A DNA stretch of 64,000 nucleotides, from positions 85,313 through 149,312 of the forward strand of contig CAYYJQ010000001.1 in NCBI GenBank assembly GCA_964472295.1, in the 5' to 3' direction. Position numbers and translations under genes: made by a program. Positions 10,771 through 20,783 of this stretch are shown in pieces. The notes below the pieces were generated by a model. That model was not told where the DNA came from and did not search any database. It saw nothing but the letters and a program-made list of their open reading frames with translations. The stretch comes from an uncultured Thermodesulfobacteriota bacterium. GTDB taxonomy: Bacteria > Desulfobacterota > GWC2-55-46 > JADFVP01. Positions within the stretch are counted from its first letter, which is position 1. Every line of letters begins with the position of its first letter.

Positions 10771-13359
10771 TTATTGAAAGGACCTTGTCTTGAGGATGGG
10801 TATGAGGGGGGCTTCCGGGGCCGGGATATGAAAGACATGGACGAGCACGTCAACGGGCCTGATGCCCGGCGCGGCTCCATGCAAAAGGACAAACTTCACC
10901 CCTTCACCGTCAAGGCGTCTTATCTCTCCAATCTGTTGCCTCAAGTCTATTGTTCTCGATTTCTCGCCCTTTGTAATTACCGCCGGAAGTGTATCCCTTG
11001 AGACGAAATCCTTTATAAACCCATCGATCCTTTCAGAATCTATATCAAAACCACTGGGGGCATCTTCAAAACTTGCTACATACTCCGTCTTTTTCATCAT
11101 AACAGAGCGCTTGCGGGGTTTCAAGCCCTGATTGCAGAGGGCGGAGAAACTCATGCCTTGAGGGGCCTCTCTATTCAGTCTCGTTATTATCTCGTCTACT
11201 GGAATAGGCGGGCCAAGGAGAGTCAACTCCAGGCGCTCATCAAGGCTCTCCACCCCGAGGGGCGTGGGCTCGGAAAAACTTATCCTGGGCATTGGGTGAA
11301 ACCCCGAGGAGTACTTAAGAGGGAGGCCGGCTCTCCTTACAAGCCTCTTTACCACCTTCATGACCTCAAGATGACCGAGAAACCTCAAAGAACCGGTCTT
11401 TGTAAACCTGAGTCCCACCTTGTAGGATGGAAGATTCTCAGGTCTTCTTCTCTCTCTTGCCGCGGGCTCTGGCACGGGCGCCTCTGTAAGGACGTTTTTT
11501 ACTGTCCTATGGTCGCAGACCCCGCAGACCGAGCAGGCCCCTTCGCGGCAGTCAGGCGTCTGCTCTGCTTTAAGGGACCTTTGCAACTGTTCATAAAGGA
11601 ATCCCCTGTCAACTCCCGGAGATAGATGGTCCCAGGGAAAGACCTCGTCCCTGCCGCGCCTTCTTGCCGTGTAAAACCCGGGATCAATACCCACGGCGCT
11701 AAAGGCTTCCTCCCAGAGCGCGTAATCGAACTTTTCGCCCCAGCCGTCGAACCTGCACCCAAGGCGAAAGGCCCCCTCTATTACGTCTGCAAGGCGGCGG
11801 TCGCCACGGGCGAAGACGCCCTCAAGGAGGCTCATCTGCGGTGCGTGCCACTTGAAATCAATGCCCTGCCCGGTGAGGCGTTTTCTGAGGAGGCCCTGAA
11901 GCCTCTTTAGTTCCTCCGCGCCCACCTGCGGCTCCCACTGAAAGGGCGTAAAGGGCTTTGGTATAAAGGATGAGACGCTTACGCTTATGCGGAGCCCCCC
12001 CCTTCCCCTGCCGCGCCCGCCTCCTGAACCCACGGCAGTGCGGGCCTCTTTTTTTACACGCTCTGCGAGTTCGCATATCCCGAGCACGTCTTCTTCCGTC
12101 TCCGTTGGAAGCCCTATCATGAAGTAGAGTTTCATGGCACGCCAGCCAAGGCCGAATACCTCGCGCACGGCCCGCATGAGGTCTTCCTCTCTAATGCCCT
12201 TGTTTATCACCCTTCTGAGGCGCTCCGTGCCCGCCTCGGGCGCGAGGGTAAAGCCCGTTTTTCTGACCTTTCTTATCTCAGAGGCAAGGGCCGTTCCAAG
12301 CGTTCCCACACGGAGCGAGGGGAGGGAGAGGGCTATACGCTCAGGTTCAAGGACCTTCATGAGCCCCTTCAGAAGGGGCGCTATGGGCCCATAATCCCCG
12401 GCGCTGAGGCTTAGGAGCGATACGTCGTCATAACCTGTCGCGGCAAGGGCCTTTTCTATAATCTCGATAATACCCGCCGGGCTCCTCTCACGGACGGGCC
12501 TGTACAGCATTCCGGCCTGACAGAACCTGCACCCCCGCGTGCAACCCCGGTTTATCTCCACTGTAACGCGGTCGTGTATGGTCTCGGTAAAGGGGACAAT
12601 GGGGCGCGCCGGGAGGTATGCCCCAAGGTCCATTATCAGCCTCTTTTCCACGGCCTCGTACCCCTCGAGGAGGGGCCGCACCTCACTGACCGTATTATCA
12701 TCGTTATAGAAGACCTCGAAGAAAGACGGCACATAGACGCCGCGAACCCCTGCGAGGTTTTTTAGTATCTCCCCTCGTTCAAGCCCCCTCTTTCGGCCCT
12801 CCATGACCACATCGGCCATCTCGAGGGCCGCCTCTTCGCCGTCGCCAAGGAGAAAGGCGTCAAAAAAAGGCGCGACTGGCTCGGGGTTGCACGTAAGCGG
12901 GCCGCCCCCGAAGACAAATGGGTCAGCCCCGGTACGCCCGGCGGCGCGAAGCGGCACGCCGCCAAGGTCGAGCATATTCAGTATATTGGTATAGGAGAGT
13001 TCGTACTGAAGGGAAAAACCTATTATATGGCAGTCACTTAGCGTGAGGCCCGATTCAAGGGTCGAAAGGGGAAGGCCCTTTTCGCGAAGCAGGGTCTCCA
13101 TGTCTGTCCATGGCGCGAAGACGCGCTCGCAGGCAATATCGTCCCTTGAGTTCAGTATCTGGTAGAGTATCTGCATTCCAAGGTGGCTCATGCCCACCTC
13201 ATAACTATCGGGAAAGGCCAGGGCATACTTCAATGCCACGCGCGAGAGGTCTTTTTTAATGGAGTTCACCTCGCCGCCTATGTACCTTGAGGGCCTTCGC
13301 ACAAGGGGGAGGAGTTTTTTAATATCCACCACTTCCTTCTTCCTGTCTCTTAGTCTCAT
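10771..13359 (-). CDS. Radical SAM protein (TIGR03960-like) fused to a C-terminal DUF2344/TIGR03936-like domain
   Basis: PSRYIGGE, FPDSYEVGMSHLG, RGCTRGCRFCQAG; C-terminal KTGSLRFLGHLE...YSSGFHPMP. Start uncertain (13329-13359). Confidence 0.88.
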   Translation of the reverse strand: MRLRDRKKEVVDIKKLLPLVRRPSRYIGGEVNSIKKDLSRVALKYALAFPDSYEVGMSHLGMQILYQILNSRDDIACERVFAPWTDMETLLREKGLPLSTLESGLTLSDCHIIGFSLQYELSYTNILNMLDLGGVPLRAAGRTGADPFVFGGGPLTCNPEPVAPFFDAFLLGDGEEAALEMADVVMEGRKRGLERGEILKNLAGVRGVYVPSFFEVFYNDDNTVSEVRPLLEGYEAVEKRLIMDLGAYLPARPIVPFTETIHDRVTVEINRGCTRGCRFCQAGMLYRPVRERSPAGIIEIIEKALAATGYDDVSLLSLSAGDYGPIAPLLKGLMKVLEPERIALSLPSLRVGTLGTALASEIRKVRKTGFTLAPEAGTERLRRVINKGIREEDLMRAVREVFGLGWRAMKLYFMIGLPTETEEDVLGICELAERVKKEARTAVGSGGGRGRGRGGLRISVSVSSFIPKPFTPFQWEPQVGAEELKRLQGLLRKRLTGQGIDFKWHAPQMSLLEGVFARGDRRLADVIEGAFRLGCRFDGWGEKFDYALWEEAFSAVGIDPGFYTARRRGRDEVFPWDHLSPGVDRGFLYEQLQRSLKAEQTPDCREGACSVCGVCDHRTVKNVLTEAPVPEPAARERRRPENLPSYKVGLRFTKTGSLRFLGHLEVMKVVKRLVRRAGLPLKYSSGFHPMPRISFSEPTPLGVESLDERLELTLLGPPIPVDEIITRLNREAPQGMSFSALCNQGLKPRKRSVMMKKTEYVASFEDAPSGFDIDSERIDGFIKDFVSRDTLPAVITKGEKSRTIDLRQQIGEIRRLDGEGVKFVLLHGAAPGIRPVDVLVHVFHIPAPEAPLIPILKTRSFQ

Positions 13360-13379
13360 ATTCTTTATCACCGAGTTCA

Positions 13380-15179
13380 CTACCCCACGGGCGCACAGAC
13401 GCCGCACCTTGTGCACCCCGGCGCGCAGGACGGAGTAAGCCTTCCTTCAAGGCCGCGCTCACGCTCGCGCCAGAGGTAATCCTTTTTTATGCCGTGGTCT
13501 ATTATCTCCCATGGGAGGACCTCGCCATGGTCCCTCTCCCTCATGGCCCCTTCTTCAATGATGGAGCGTCTCTTTCTCACGGCGCGCCTTGGGCCAAGTT
13601 CAGCGGCCTCCAGAATAACCTCCCCTGCCCTTGCGTCTCCCCGTGCGATGAAGGCCTGAAAAAGGGCTGACCCTGGGGGCATGGCCTTGAGCCTTACGCC
13701 GCCGATACCCTTTATGCCCTTTTTGATTATAGCGAGCCTCCTCTCAAGGACCTCAACGGACTCAAAGGACGACCACTGAAATGGCGTAAAGGGCTTTGGT
13801 ATAAAGGGATTAAGGCTTATGGCAAGAGAGGCATCCCCTGAGGCGCACTTTATCTTCGTCATAATATCCACTATGGCCCCGGCGTCCTCGTCCGTCTCCG
13901 TCGGGAGGCCGTAGAGAAAATAAAACTTCATCCTCTTGAACCCGGCGCCCCGCACCATGGAGACGGCCCTTAAAATATCATCTTCCGTAAGGCCCTTGTT
14001 TATGAGGTCCCGCATCCTGCCGCTTCCGGCCTCAGGGGCAAGGGTTACTGTCCTGTAACCGGCCTTTTTTAAGAGCGCGAGTTTTTTTTCATCCAGGACA
14101 TCGAGGCGCATGGAACTCAGCGTCACCGAGGCCCCGGCGCCAAGGCCCGCCTCCACCACGGCGTTAAGGGCCGAGTAATCCGAGACCGCCGTCCCCACGA
14201 GTCCCACCTTGCCCGTGGCCCCGGCCGCCTCGCGAACCGCTTCCATCACGTCAGCCGCGTCCCGCTCCCTTGGAGGGAGGCAGACAAAGCCCGCGGCGCA
14301 GAACCTGCACCCCCTGCCACAGCCCCGTTCTATCTCCATGAGCGATGTATCACGGAAGACCGCAAGGGGGGTCCTCACAAAGTTACGGGGCATGACAAGG
14401 CCCTTGAGATCCATGTTCTTTCGGGCCCTTACTCTCTTCTTCGCGCCTTGCCTCGCTTTTATTGCGGCTACTTCTCCGCCGGAATACTCAACGTCATAGA
14501 GGGAGGGGATAAAGGTAAAGTCCAGCGAATCAAGGCCCATAAGAAGGGCCTCTTTTGAGTCGGCCTGCCCCCCCGCGAGGTCTGCGTAACGGGCCATGAA
14601 CTCTTCAACAGCGCCCTCTGCCTCGCCTATAATAAAGGCGTCCATAAACTCCGAGACTGGCCAGGGGTTAAGTGAGGCCGCTATGCCCCCGGCAATGACA
14701 AGGGGCGCGCCTTCGGCGCGCTCCTTGCCAAGGTGAGGCAGTCCCGCGAGTCTCAGCAATATGGGGATATTTACGTAATCATCCTCAAAGGAGAGAGAGA
14801 AGGCGATAATATCAAAGTCCCCAAGAGGCCGCCCGGACTCAAGTGTAAAGACCCCGTGCCCGCCTCGCTCCATGAACTCAAGGTCACCACGCTCGGGCAC
14901 AAAGGCGCGCTCGGCCACTACGTGGTCCATGGAGTTGAAGAGATGGTAGAGGGTCTGGAACCCGAGGTTGGACATGGCCGGCGCGTAGTGATTCGGGTAC
15001 AGAAGCGCCACGTTCACCCTGCCGCCGGGGTCCTTGAAGACCGTGCCCTCTTCGAGGGCGAGAAGTTTTTTCGCCTTTTCCCTGATCTTACGATTTATGA
15101 CAGTACGTCTCCCTGCTTTGTCTTCATCCTGAACTGACCATGAGATACCTGGAAATCTCCGGCCTTGTTCATTAATCAT
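13380..15179 (-). CDS. Radical SAM protein (YgiQ/TIGR03960-related paralogue)
   Basis: YPNHY..AMSNLGFQ, RGCGRGCRFCAAG, TLAPEAGS, C-terminal Cys cluster CAPGCTRCGVC. Start uncertain. Confidence 0.88.
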   Translation of the reverse strand: MINEQGRRFPGISWSVQDEDKAGRRTVINRKIREKAKKLLALEEGTVFKDPGGRVNVALLYPNHYAPAMSNLGFQTLYHLFNSMDHVVAERAFVPERGDLEFMERGGHGVFTLESGRPLGDFDIIAFSLSFEDDYVNIPILLRLAGLPHLGKERAEGAPLVIAGGIAASLNPWPVSEFMDAFIIGEAEGAVEEFMARYADLAGGQADSKEALLMGLDSLDFTFIPSLYDVEYSGGEVAAIKARQGAKKRVRARKNMDLKGLVMPRNFVRTPLAVFRDTSLMEIERGCGRGCRFCAAGFVCLPPRERDAADVMEAVREAAGATGKVGLVGTAVSDYSALNAVVEAGLGAGASVTLSSMRLDVLDEKKLALLKKAGYRTVTLAPEAGSGRMRDLINKGLTEDDILRAVSMVRGAGFKRMKFYFLYGLPTETDEDAGAIVDIMTKIKCASGDASLAISLNPFIPKPFTPFQWSSFESVEVLERRLAIIKKGIKGIGGVRLKAMPPGSALFQAFIARGDARAGEVILEAAELGPRRAVRKRRSIIEEGAMRERDHGEVLPWEIIDHGIKKDYLWRERERGLEGRLTPSCAPGCTRCGVCAPVG

Positions 15180-15609
15180 TATCCCACGTCAGGGCTCCTC
15201 TTACAAGGCAGCCCCCCCCCGGGGTCTTCAAGGAAAAACAAAAAGACCAGGTTTTTAACCTGAAAGGAAGATATTTGGTGCGGCGGGCCGCCACGGGCCT
15301 CAGAGGAGGCCTGCGGGGGATTTACGGGAAGGAGGCACATCGCCTCCGGGGGGGATGGAACCTGCCCTGAAAATTGGCAAGTTTTTTTTAATGTTTCACG
15401 CGTGGCCTCTAAACTCTTCACATCAATCTGAGTGGAAGGCGCCAATGCGGCAAAAAGCATCAAAAAAACCTGCCAAGCCTGTATATCCTTTGTACTCCTT
15501 TCGTAATTACCTTAACCTGCGGTACCTATATCCGTGGCCTGTTGCAAAGTTCCGCAAGAGTGGTACGGCGGCGCGGACAAGAGGGACCGCGCCTGATACG
15601 GTCCTGGCC

Positions 15610-16800
15610 TTAATCGGCCTGTCTCCTAAGGAACGTCGGTGTATCGTAAAGGTCCTCGTCATCGGCCTTGAGGCCCCCATACTGGCCAAGGCGTTTAATC
15701 TCTCCCGCATTGAAACCAAGGGACTTTACCTTCTCGTGCCTTATGACCGTTGGCACGTCAAGGTCTTCTATGATTCGGGCCGCGGGAAGGGCCTCGCTTG
15801 GCAGGGCCTCTTCCCCGGCGGCCCCGAACCCGGTGGCAATAACCGTGACACGCACCTCGTCTCCCATGCGGTCGTCTATCACGGCGCCGAATATGATATG
15901 GGCGTCCTCATGGGCCTCTTCGTGTATGAGGCTCGATGCCTCGTTTACGTCGTGTATGGTGAGGTCCGATGAACCCGTGATATTGAGGAGAACGCCCCGT
16001 GCCCCGCTTATGGATATGTCCTCAAGAAGGGGCGAGGATATGGCCTTTCTCGCCGCGTCCTGTGCCCTCTGCTCGCCGGCGCCGGTGCCGCTTCCCATGA
16101 GGGCCTGACCCATCTCGCTCATGATGGTCTTTACGTCGGCAAAGTCCACATTCACAAGGCCCGGCACGGTGATTACGTCGGATATTCCCTTAACGGCCTG
16201 AAGGAGCACCTCGTCAGCCTTCTTGAAGGCAGAGGCAAGCGTGGTGTTCTTGCACGAGACGGATAGGAGCCTCTGGTTGGGTATGGTTATGACCGTGTCC
16301 ACCACGGATTTCAGGCGCTCCAGGCCCTCTTCGGCCTGGCGCATCTTCTTTGTGCCCTCAAAGGAAAAGGGCTTTGTCACGACGGCCACGGTAAGGGCCC
16401 CTGTCTCGCGGGCCACCTCGGCTATGACGGGGCTTGCCCCTGTGCCTGTTCCGCCACCCATGCCAGCGGTGATAAATACCATGTCCGCGCCGGCAAGGCT
16501 CTCGAAGAGCACGTCCTTACTCTCAATGGCCGCGTTCCTGCCAACCTCGGGGTTGGCCCCCGCGCCAAGGCCCTTGGTAAGGGTGGAGCCTATCTGTATC
16601 TTTATCCCTGCCGCGGATTTTTCAAGGGCCTGCGCGTCCGTGTTGGCCGCGAGGAACTCAACACCCTGCAGGCCGAAGTCTATCATGGTGTTCACGGCAT
16701 TGCCTCCGCACCCGCCAACACCGATTACCTTGAGCCTTGCCCCGGCGTTGAAGCCGTCGTCAAAACATATATTCATATCCCCCTCCTTTGTAAAATCCAT
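15610..16800 (-). CDS. ftsZ: Cell division protein FtsZ
   Basis: [26 protein letters not shown]-terminal [11 protein letters not shown]. Confidence 0.99.
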   Translation of the reverse strand: MDFTKEGDMNICFDDGFNAGARLKVIGVGGCGGNAVNTMIDFGLQGVEFLAANTDAQALEKSAAGIKIQIGSTLTKGLGAGANPEVGRNAAIESKDVLFESLAGADMVFITAGMGGGTGTGASPVIAEVARETGALTVAVVTKPFSFEGTKKMRQAEEGLERLKSVVDTVITIPNQRLLSVSCKNTTLASAFKKADEVLLQAVKGISDVITVPGLVNVDFADVKTIMSEMGQALMGSGTGAGEQRAQDAARKAISSPLLEDISISGARGVLLNITGSSDLTIHDVNEASSLIHEEAHEDAHIIFGAVIDDRMGDEVRVTVIATGFGAAGEEALPSEALPAARIIEDLDVPTVIRHEKVKSLGFNAGEIKRLGQYGGLKADDEDLYDTPTFLRRQAD

Positions 16801-16855
16801 TATCTCCTCCTCATCATGATGGAATAAATGCGTCTATTAACTCCTCAACCCGCCC

Positions 16856-18082
16856 CTAAAAAAATTCCTTTACCCAGCCACGCATCCTGGAGCTGAGCTT
16901 ATTGAATATGTTTCCGCCTTTCTGCGGGAAATGCGTTCCCCCCACCTTTCGGGCCCCAAAGAGCACGAGGCCCACGCCTGTTGCGTACATGGGGTTCTTG
17001 ACAATGTCAACAAGGCCCGTAACCCCCCGGGGGACTCCCTTTCTGACGGGCATGTTAAAGACCTGCTCGGCAAGCTCCACGGCCCCCTCCATGGCCGAGG
17101 TACCGCCCGTGAGGACTATGCCCGAGGATATGAGGGCGTCGTACCCGGACTTTACAATCTCGCGGTTCACGAGTTCAAAGAGTTCCTCCATCCTCGGCTC
17201 CAGTATCTCGCAGAGCATGAACCTTGAGACCTTCTTGGAGCGCTGGCCGCCCACAGTGGGCACATCTATGGTCTCGTCCTTGGCGACCATGGCCGTCATG
17301 GCGCAACCGTATTCCTTCTTTATCCTCTCGGCGACACTTGCCGGCGTGCGAAGCCCAACGGAGATGTCGCCTGTCGCCTGGTTGCCGCCAAGGGATATGA
17401 CGGTGGTGTACTTTATGGTGCTGTTGTGGTAGAGGGCTATGTCTGTCGTGCCGCCGCCTATGTCCACAAGGACCACGCCTATTTCCTTCTCGTCGGGAAT
17501 GAGAACGGACTCGCTGCTCGCGAGTTGCTGAAGCACTATGTCGTCAACATCAAGTCCCGCCCTGTTTGCGCACTTTATTATGTTCTGTGCGGAGGTGACG
17601 GCGGCGGTGACTATATGGACCTTTACCTCGAGCCTTATCCCTATCATGCCAAGGGGGTCTTCTATGCCCGCCTGGTCGTCTACAATGTACTCCTGCGGTA
17701 TAACGTGAATTACCTCCCTGTCAGGGGGTATGACCACGGCCTGGGCCGCCTCAATGGCCCGGTCTATATCGGCGCGCGTAACCTCCTTGCTCTTAACGGC
17801 TATTACTCCGTGGCTGTTAAAGGCCCTGATATGGCCGCCGGCTATGCCGCAGAAGACCTTATTTATCTCGCAGCCGGCCATGAGCTCCGTCTCCTTGATG
17901 GTCTCCCTTATAGACTCGACGGTGCTCTCGATATTGACTACAACGCCCTTTCTGAGCCCCTTTGAGGGCCTCGTGCCAATGCCGATTATCTCCACACCAT
18001 CAACGGTCTTTACCCCCGCGATGGCGCATATCTTTGTAGTCCCGATGTCAAGGCCTACGATAATATCTTCTTTTCTCGACAT
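16856..18082 (-). CDS. ftsA: Cell division protein FtsA
   Basis: GLDIGTTKI, VDIGGGTTD, VLTGG, C-terminal amphipathic WVKEFF. Confidence 0.98.
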   Translation of the reverse strand: MSRKEDIIVGLDIGTTKICAIAGVKTVDGVEIIGIGTRPSKGLRKGVVVNIESTVESIRETIKETELMAGCEINKVFCGIAGGHIRAFNSHGVIAVKSKEVTRADIDRAIEAAQAVVIPPDREVIHVIPQEYIVDDQAGIEDPLGMIGIRLEVKVHIVTAAVTSAQNIIKCANRAGLDVDDIVLQQLASSESVLIPDEKEIGVVLVDIGGGTTDIALYHNSTIKYTTVISLGGNQATGDISVGLRTPASVAERIKKEYGCAMTAMVAKDETIDVPTVGGQRSKKVSRFMLCEILEPRMEELFELVNREIVKSGYDALISSGIVLTGGTSAMEGAVELAEQVFNMPVRKGVPRGVTGLVDIVKNPMYATGVGLVLFGARKVGGTHFPQKGGNIFNKLSSRMRGWVKEFF

Positions 18083-18915
18083 TACGCTCTTCCACCCCCC
18101 TTTGAGACAACATCATGATCATATGTCACCACGGCCTCCCCGGCCTTTCTCACATCCACGGCCACCGCCCCTCTAAGGGCCCCCCTGTTCATGGCCCTGA
18201 ACCTCTCGAAGAGTCCAAGCCCTCTCTCAAAGCCCTCTGCCCCCAGCTCCACCCTCAGGCCCGAGTCAAGTGTGTAGAGGGTAAAACCATATACAGGGTC
18301 GCAGTGTATCTCCGAAATACTCTCAAGGTTAAGTCCCCTTCCACTCTCAAGACTTGAGAATAACCTCATGAAGGATTCCATATAAGTCCCGCCGGCATCT
18401 ATCATCTTTCTCTCAAGGCCGGTGACAAGGGGCAGATCCAGCCTGTCCTCTGGCGCGAGTTTCTTGAAAATCACTCCCTTACTGTCCATGACAAAGAGGT
18501 CCTTTATCTTCACAATGGCCATGGGCCGCCTCTCCACAACCTCTATCCTCACCGTATCAGGGAGTTTCCTCCTTACAACGGCGCTTACGACCCAGGGATT
18601 CTTTTTCACCCTTCCCGCCACCTCGCCAGATGAGAAGGAAAAGATATTCTCACCCTCTTCTATTCCCGCGAGTTTTATTATCTCCCTTGGTTGCGCCCTC
18701 AGGGCGCCCCTTACAAAGATGTGCTCTACACCAAGGCGCGGCGTTGTAAGTATTTCCTCATATAGGCGCCACCCGCCATAACCAAGACCGGCCACTATTG
18801 CGAGCGCCAGGCATATCCTGAGCGCCGCGGCCACGCGGCGTGCGACCCGTCTCGCGAGAGGCTCTTTACGCCTCCTGTTCCTCTTCTTTTTTCTACTTGC
18901 AACCTTCTTTATCAT
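18082..18915 (-). CDS. ftsQ: Cell division protein FtsQ/DivIB
   Basis: Basic N-terminus, single TM, POTRA (PWV..A.VRRKLPD...I.V.ER); position in the dcw cluster. Confidence 0.9.
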   Translation of the reverse strand: MIKKVASRKKKRNRRRKEPLARRVARRVAAALRICLALAIVAGLGYGGWRLYEEILTTPRLGVEHIFVRGALRAQPREIIKLAGIEEGENIFSFSSGEVAGRVKKNPWVVSAVVRRKLPDTVRIEVVERRPMAIVKIKDLFVMDSKGVIFKKLAPEDRLDLPLVTGLERKMIDAGGTYMESFMRLFSSLESGRGLNLESISEIHCDPVYGFTLYTLDSGLRVELGAEGFERGLGLFERFRAMNRGALRGAVAVDVRKAGEAVVTYDHDVVSKGGGRA

Positions 18916-19861
18916 GCCCGTGCTCCAGCGATGCGCCTTCGAGCATCCGCGCCACAAGTTCCCTGTAGGAGAGGCCCGCCTCCTGCGCGGCCATGGGCAG
19001 GAGGCTCCTCTCCGTAAGCCCGGGAGAGGTATTCACCTCAAGGACAAAGGGCCTGTTCTCATTATCCAGAATAATATCCACCCTTGCCGCCCCCCTGCAC
19101 CCGAGGGCCTCATAGGCCTTTTTCGCGATAGACGAGACCTCTTTATTGAGGGTCTCGGGAAGGTCAGCGGGTACGGAAAACCTCGCTCCCCCTTTTGAGT
19201 ACTTGGCCTCATAATCATATAGCGGCCCATCAATGAGTATCTCCACTACGGGAAAGACACTGCCATCGAAGATGGAGACGCTCACTTCCCTGCCCTCGAT
19301 ATACTCCTCTACGAGCACCTGGCCGCCAAAACCACGGGCAAAGTCCACGGCGCTCCTGAACTCACCGGGTCCGCCAACAAGGCTGAGCCCCAGGGTCGAG
19401 CCCCCTTCAGAAGGTTTCACCACAAGGGGAAACCTCATGCCCGCAACGTCCTCTACCGAACACGATGTACTGAAGGCCGGAGTTGGTATGGAGTTCATAA
19501 GGAGCACCCTCTTTGTAATAATCTTGTCCATGGCAATGGCGCTCGCGAGCACCCCTGAGCCTGTATAGGGTATACCCATTACCTCGAGCCCGCCCTGCAA
19601 CGAGCCGTCCTCACCCCAGCCGCCGTGCAGGGCTATGAAGGCCAGCTCAACGCCCTCTTCCCTCAGCCTCGTAAAGAGGTCGGTTCCAGCGTCTATTGAG
19701 ACGGCGTCATAACCCTCGTCAGAGAGGGCCCTCAGCACCGAGGCCCCTGTGCGAAGTGAAATCTCCCTCTCGCTTGATACCCCTCCCATGAGCACACCCA
19801 CCTTCTTATCCATAAAGGCCCGTCCGATGCGCTTTCCTGCCTGAACACGCGCCTCAGTCAT
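18893..19861 (-). CDS. ddl: D-alanine--D-alanine ligase
   Basis: GGVSSEREISL, LHGGWGEDG, GIPYTGS, YDYEAKY, LEVNTSPG. Confidence 0.97.
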   Translation of the reverse strand: MTEARVQAGKRIGRAFMDKKVGVLMGGVSSEREISLRTGASVLRALSDEGYDAVSIDAGTDLFTRLREEGVELAFIALHGGWGEDGSLQGGLEVMGIPYTGSGVLASAIAMDKIITKRVLLMNSIPTPAFSTSCSVEDVAGMRFPLVVKPSEGGSTLGLSLVGGPGEFRSAVDFARGFGGQVLVEEYIEGREVSVSIFDGSVFPVVEILIDGPLYDYEAKYSKGGARFSVPADLPETLNKEVSSIAKKAYEALGCRGAARVDIILDNENRPFVLEVNTSPGLTERSLLPMAAQEAGLSYRELVARMLEGASLEHGHDKEGCK

Positions 19862-20783
19862 CTTCGCCAACTACCTCTACCTCGGGTTCAAGGAGCACTC
19901 CGAACCTGCTATAGACGCTATCGCGGACAGCGGCCATGAGAGTAAGCACATCCACTGCCCTTGCCCCATTGCTATTGACAATGTAGTTGGCGTGCACGGT
20001 TGATACGGCGGCCCCTCCCTCTGTCATGCCCTTGAGCCCCGCCTCCTCGATGAGCCTTCCGGCAAAATCGCCCTCAGGGTTCTTGAATATGGAGCCAGCG
20101 TTGGCAGGGAGGCCAGGGGCCGTGGCCTTTCTCTTCTCAACAAAGCCTTTTATCCTCTCCCTTATCCTCTCGGGGCTGTCCTTGTGAAGGCGTACATGCA
20201 CCCTTGTAACCACCACGTCCCGGCCAATCTTCGAGGACCTGTAAGAGAGACCCATATCACCTGCGGGGATAAACCGCTTCGCCCCTTTTCTGCTCATCAC
20301 CTCCACGCCGTCCATGACTGAACTCATATCACTGCCATAGGCCCCGGCGTTCATGACCGCGGCCCCGCCCATGGAGCCTGGAATGGAACATGCGAACTCC
20401 ATGCCCGCGAAACCCTTCTCAGCGGCCTCGGCGACAAAGGCGGCGATATTGACTCCAGAACCAACAACAGAGGTTGCCTTCTCTTCATTCCAGATAGTGT
20501 CCTTGAGGCCCTCTCTCATGTTTATCACTATGCCTCGAACCCCTCCGTCACGGACAAGAAGGTTTGTGCCCATGGCCATGATGAAAAAGGGGAACTTTCT
20601 TGATATGGCGAAGTGCAGTATCTCCTTCAAGTCCGCCTCGTCCAGCGGAAAGGCCATTACGTCGGCAGGACCGCCTATGCCAAAGGAGGTATACTCACTC
20701 ATTGGGACATTGAAGAGTATCTTCCCCTTGAAACGCTCCACAAAGATGAGCGGATACTGATGTGAGAGGTTCTGTTTCTTCAT
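19854..20783 (-). CDS. murB: UDP-N-acetylenolpyruvoylglucosamine reductase
   Basis: TSFGIGGPA, IPGSMGGA..MNAGAYG, AGSIFKNP, HANYIVN, LEPEV. Confidence 0.97.
   Translation of the reverse strand: MKKQNLSHQYPLIFVERFKGKILFNVPMSEYTSFGIGGPADVMAFPLDEADLKEILHFAISRKFPFFIMAMGTNLLVRDGGVRGIVINMREGLKDTIWNEEKATSVVGSGVNIAAFVAEAAEKGFAGMEFACSIPGSMGGAAVMNAGAYGSDMSSVMDGVEVMSRKGAKRFIPAGDMGLSYRSSKIGRDVVVTRVHVRLHKDSPERIRERIKGFVEKRKATAPGLPANAGSIFKNPEGDFAGRLIEEAGLKGMTEGGAAVSTVHANYIVNSNGARAVDVLTLMAAVRDSVYSRFGVLLEPEVEVVGEDD

Noticed and set aside
15179-15600. Small ORFs and a sigma54-like TGGCAG site between ftsZ and the radical SAM gene; C9 tract at 15212
   Set aside because: No protein motifs, wrong -24/-12 spacing, and no evidence that the homopolymer is phase variable
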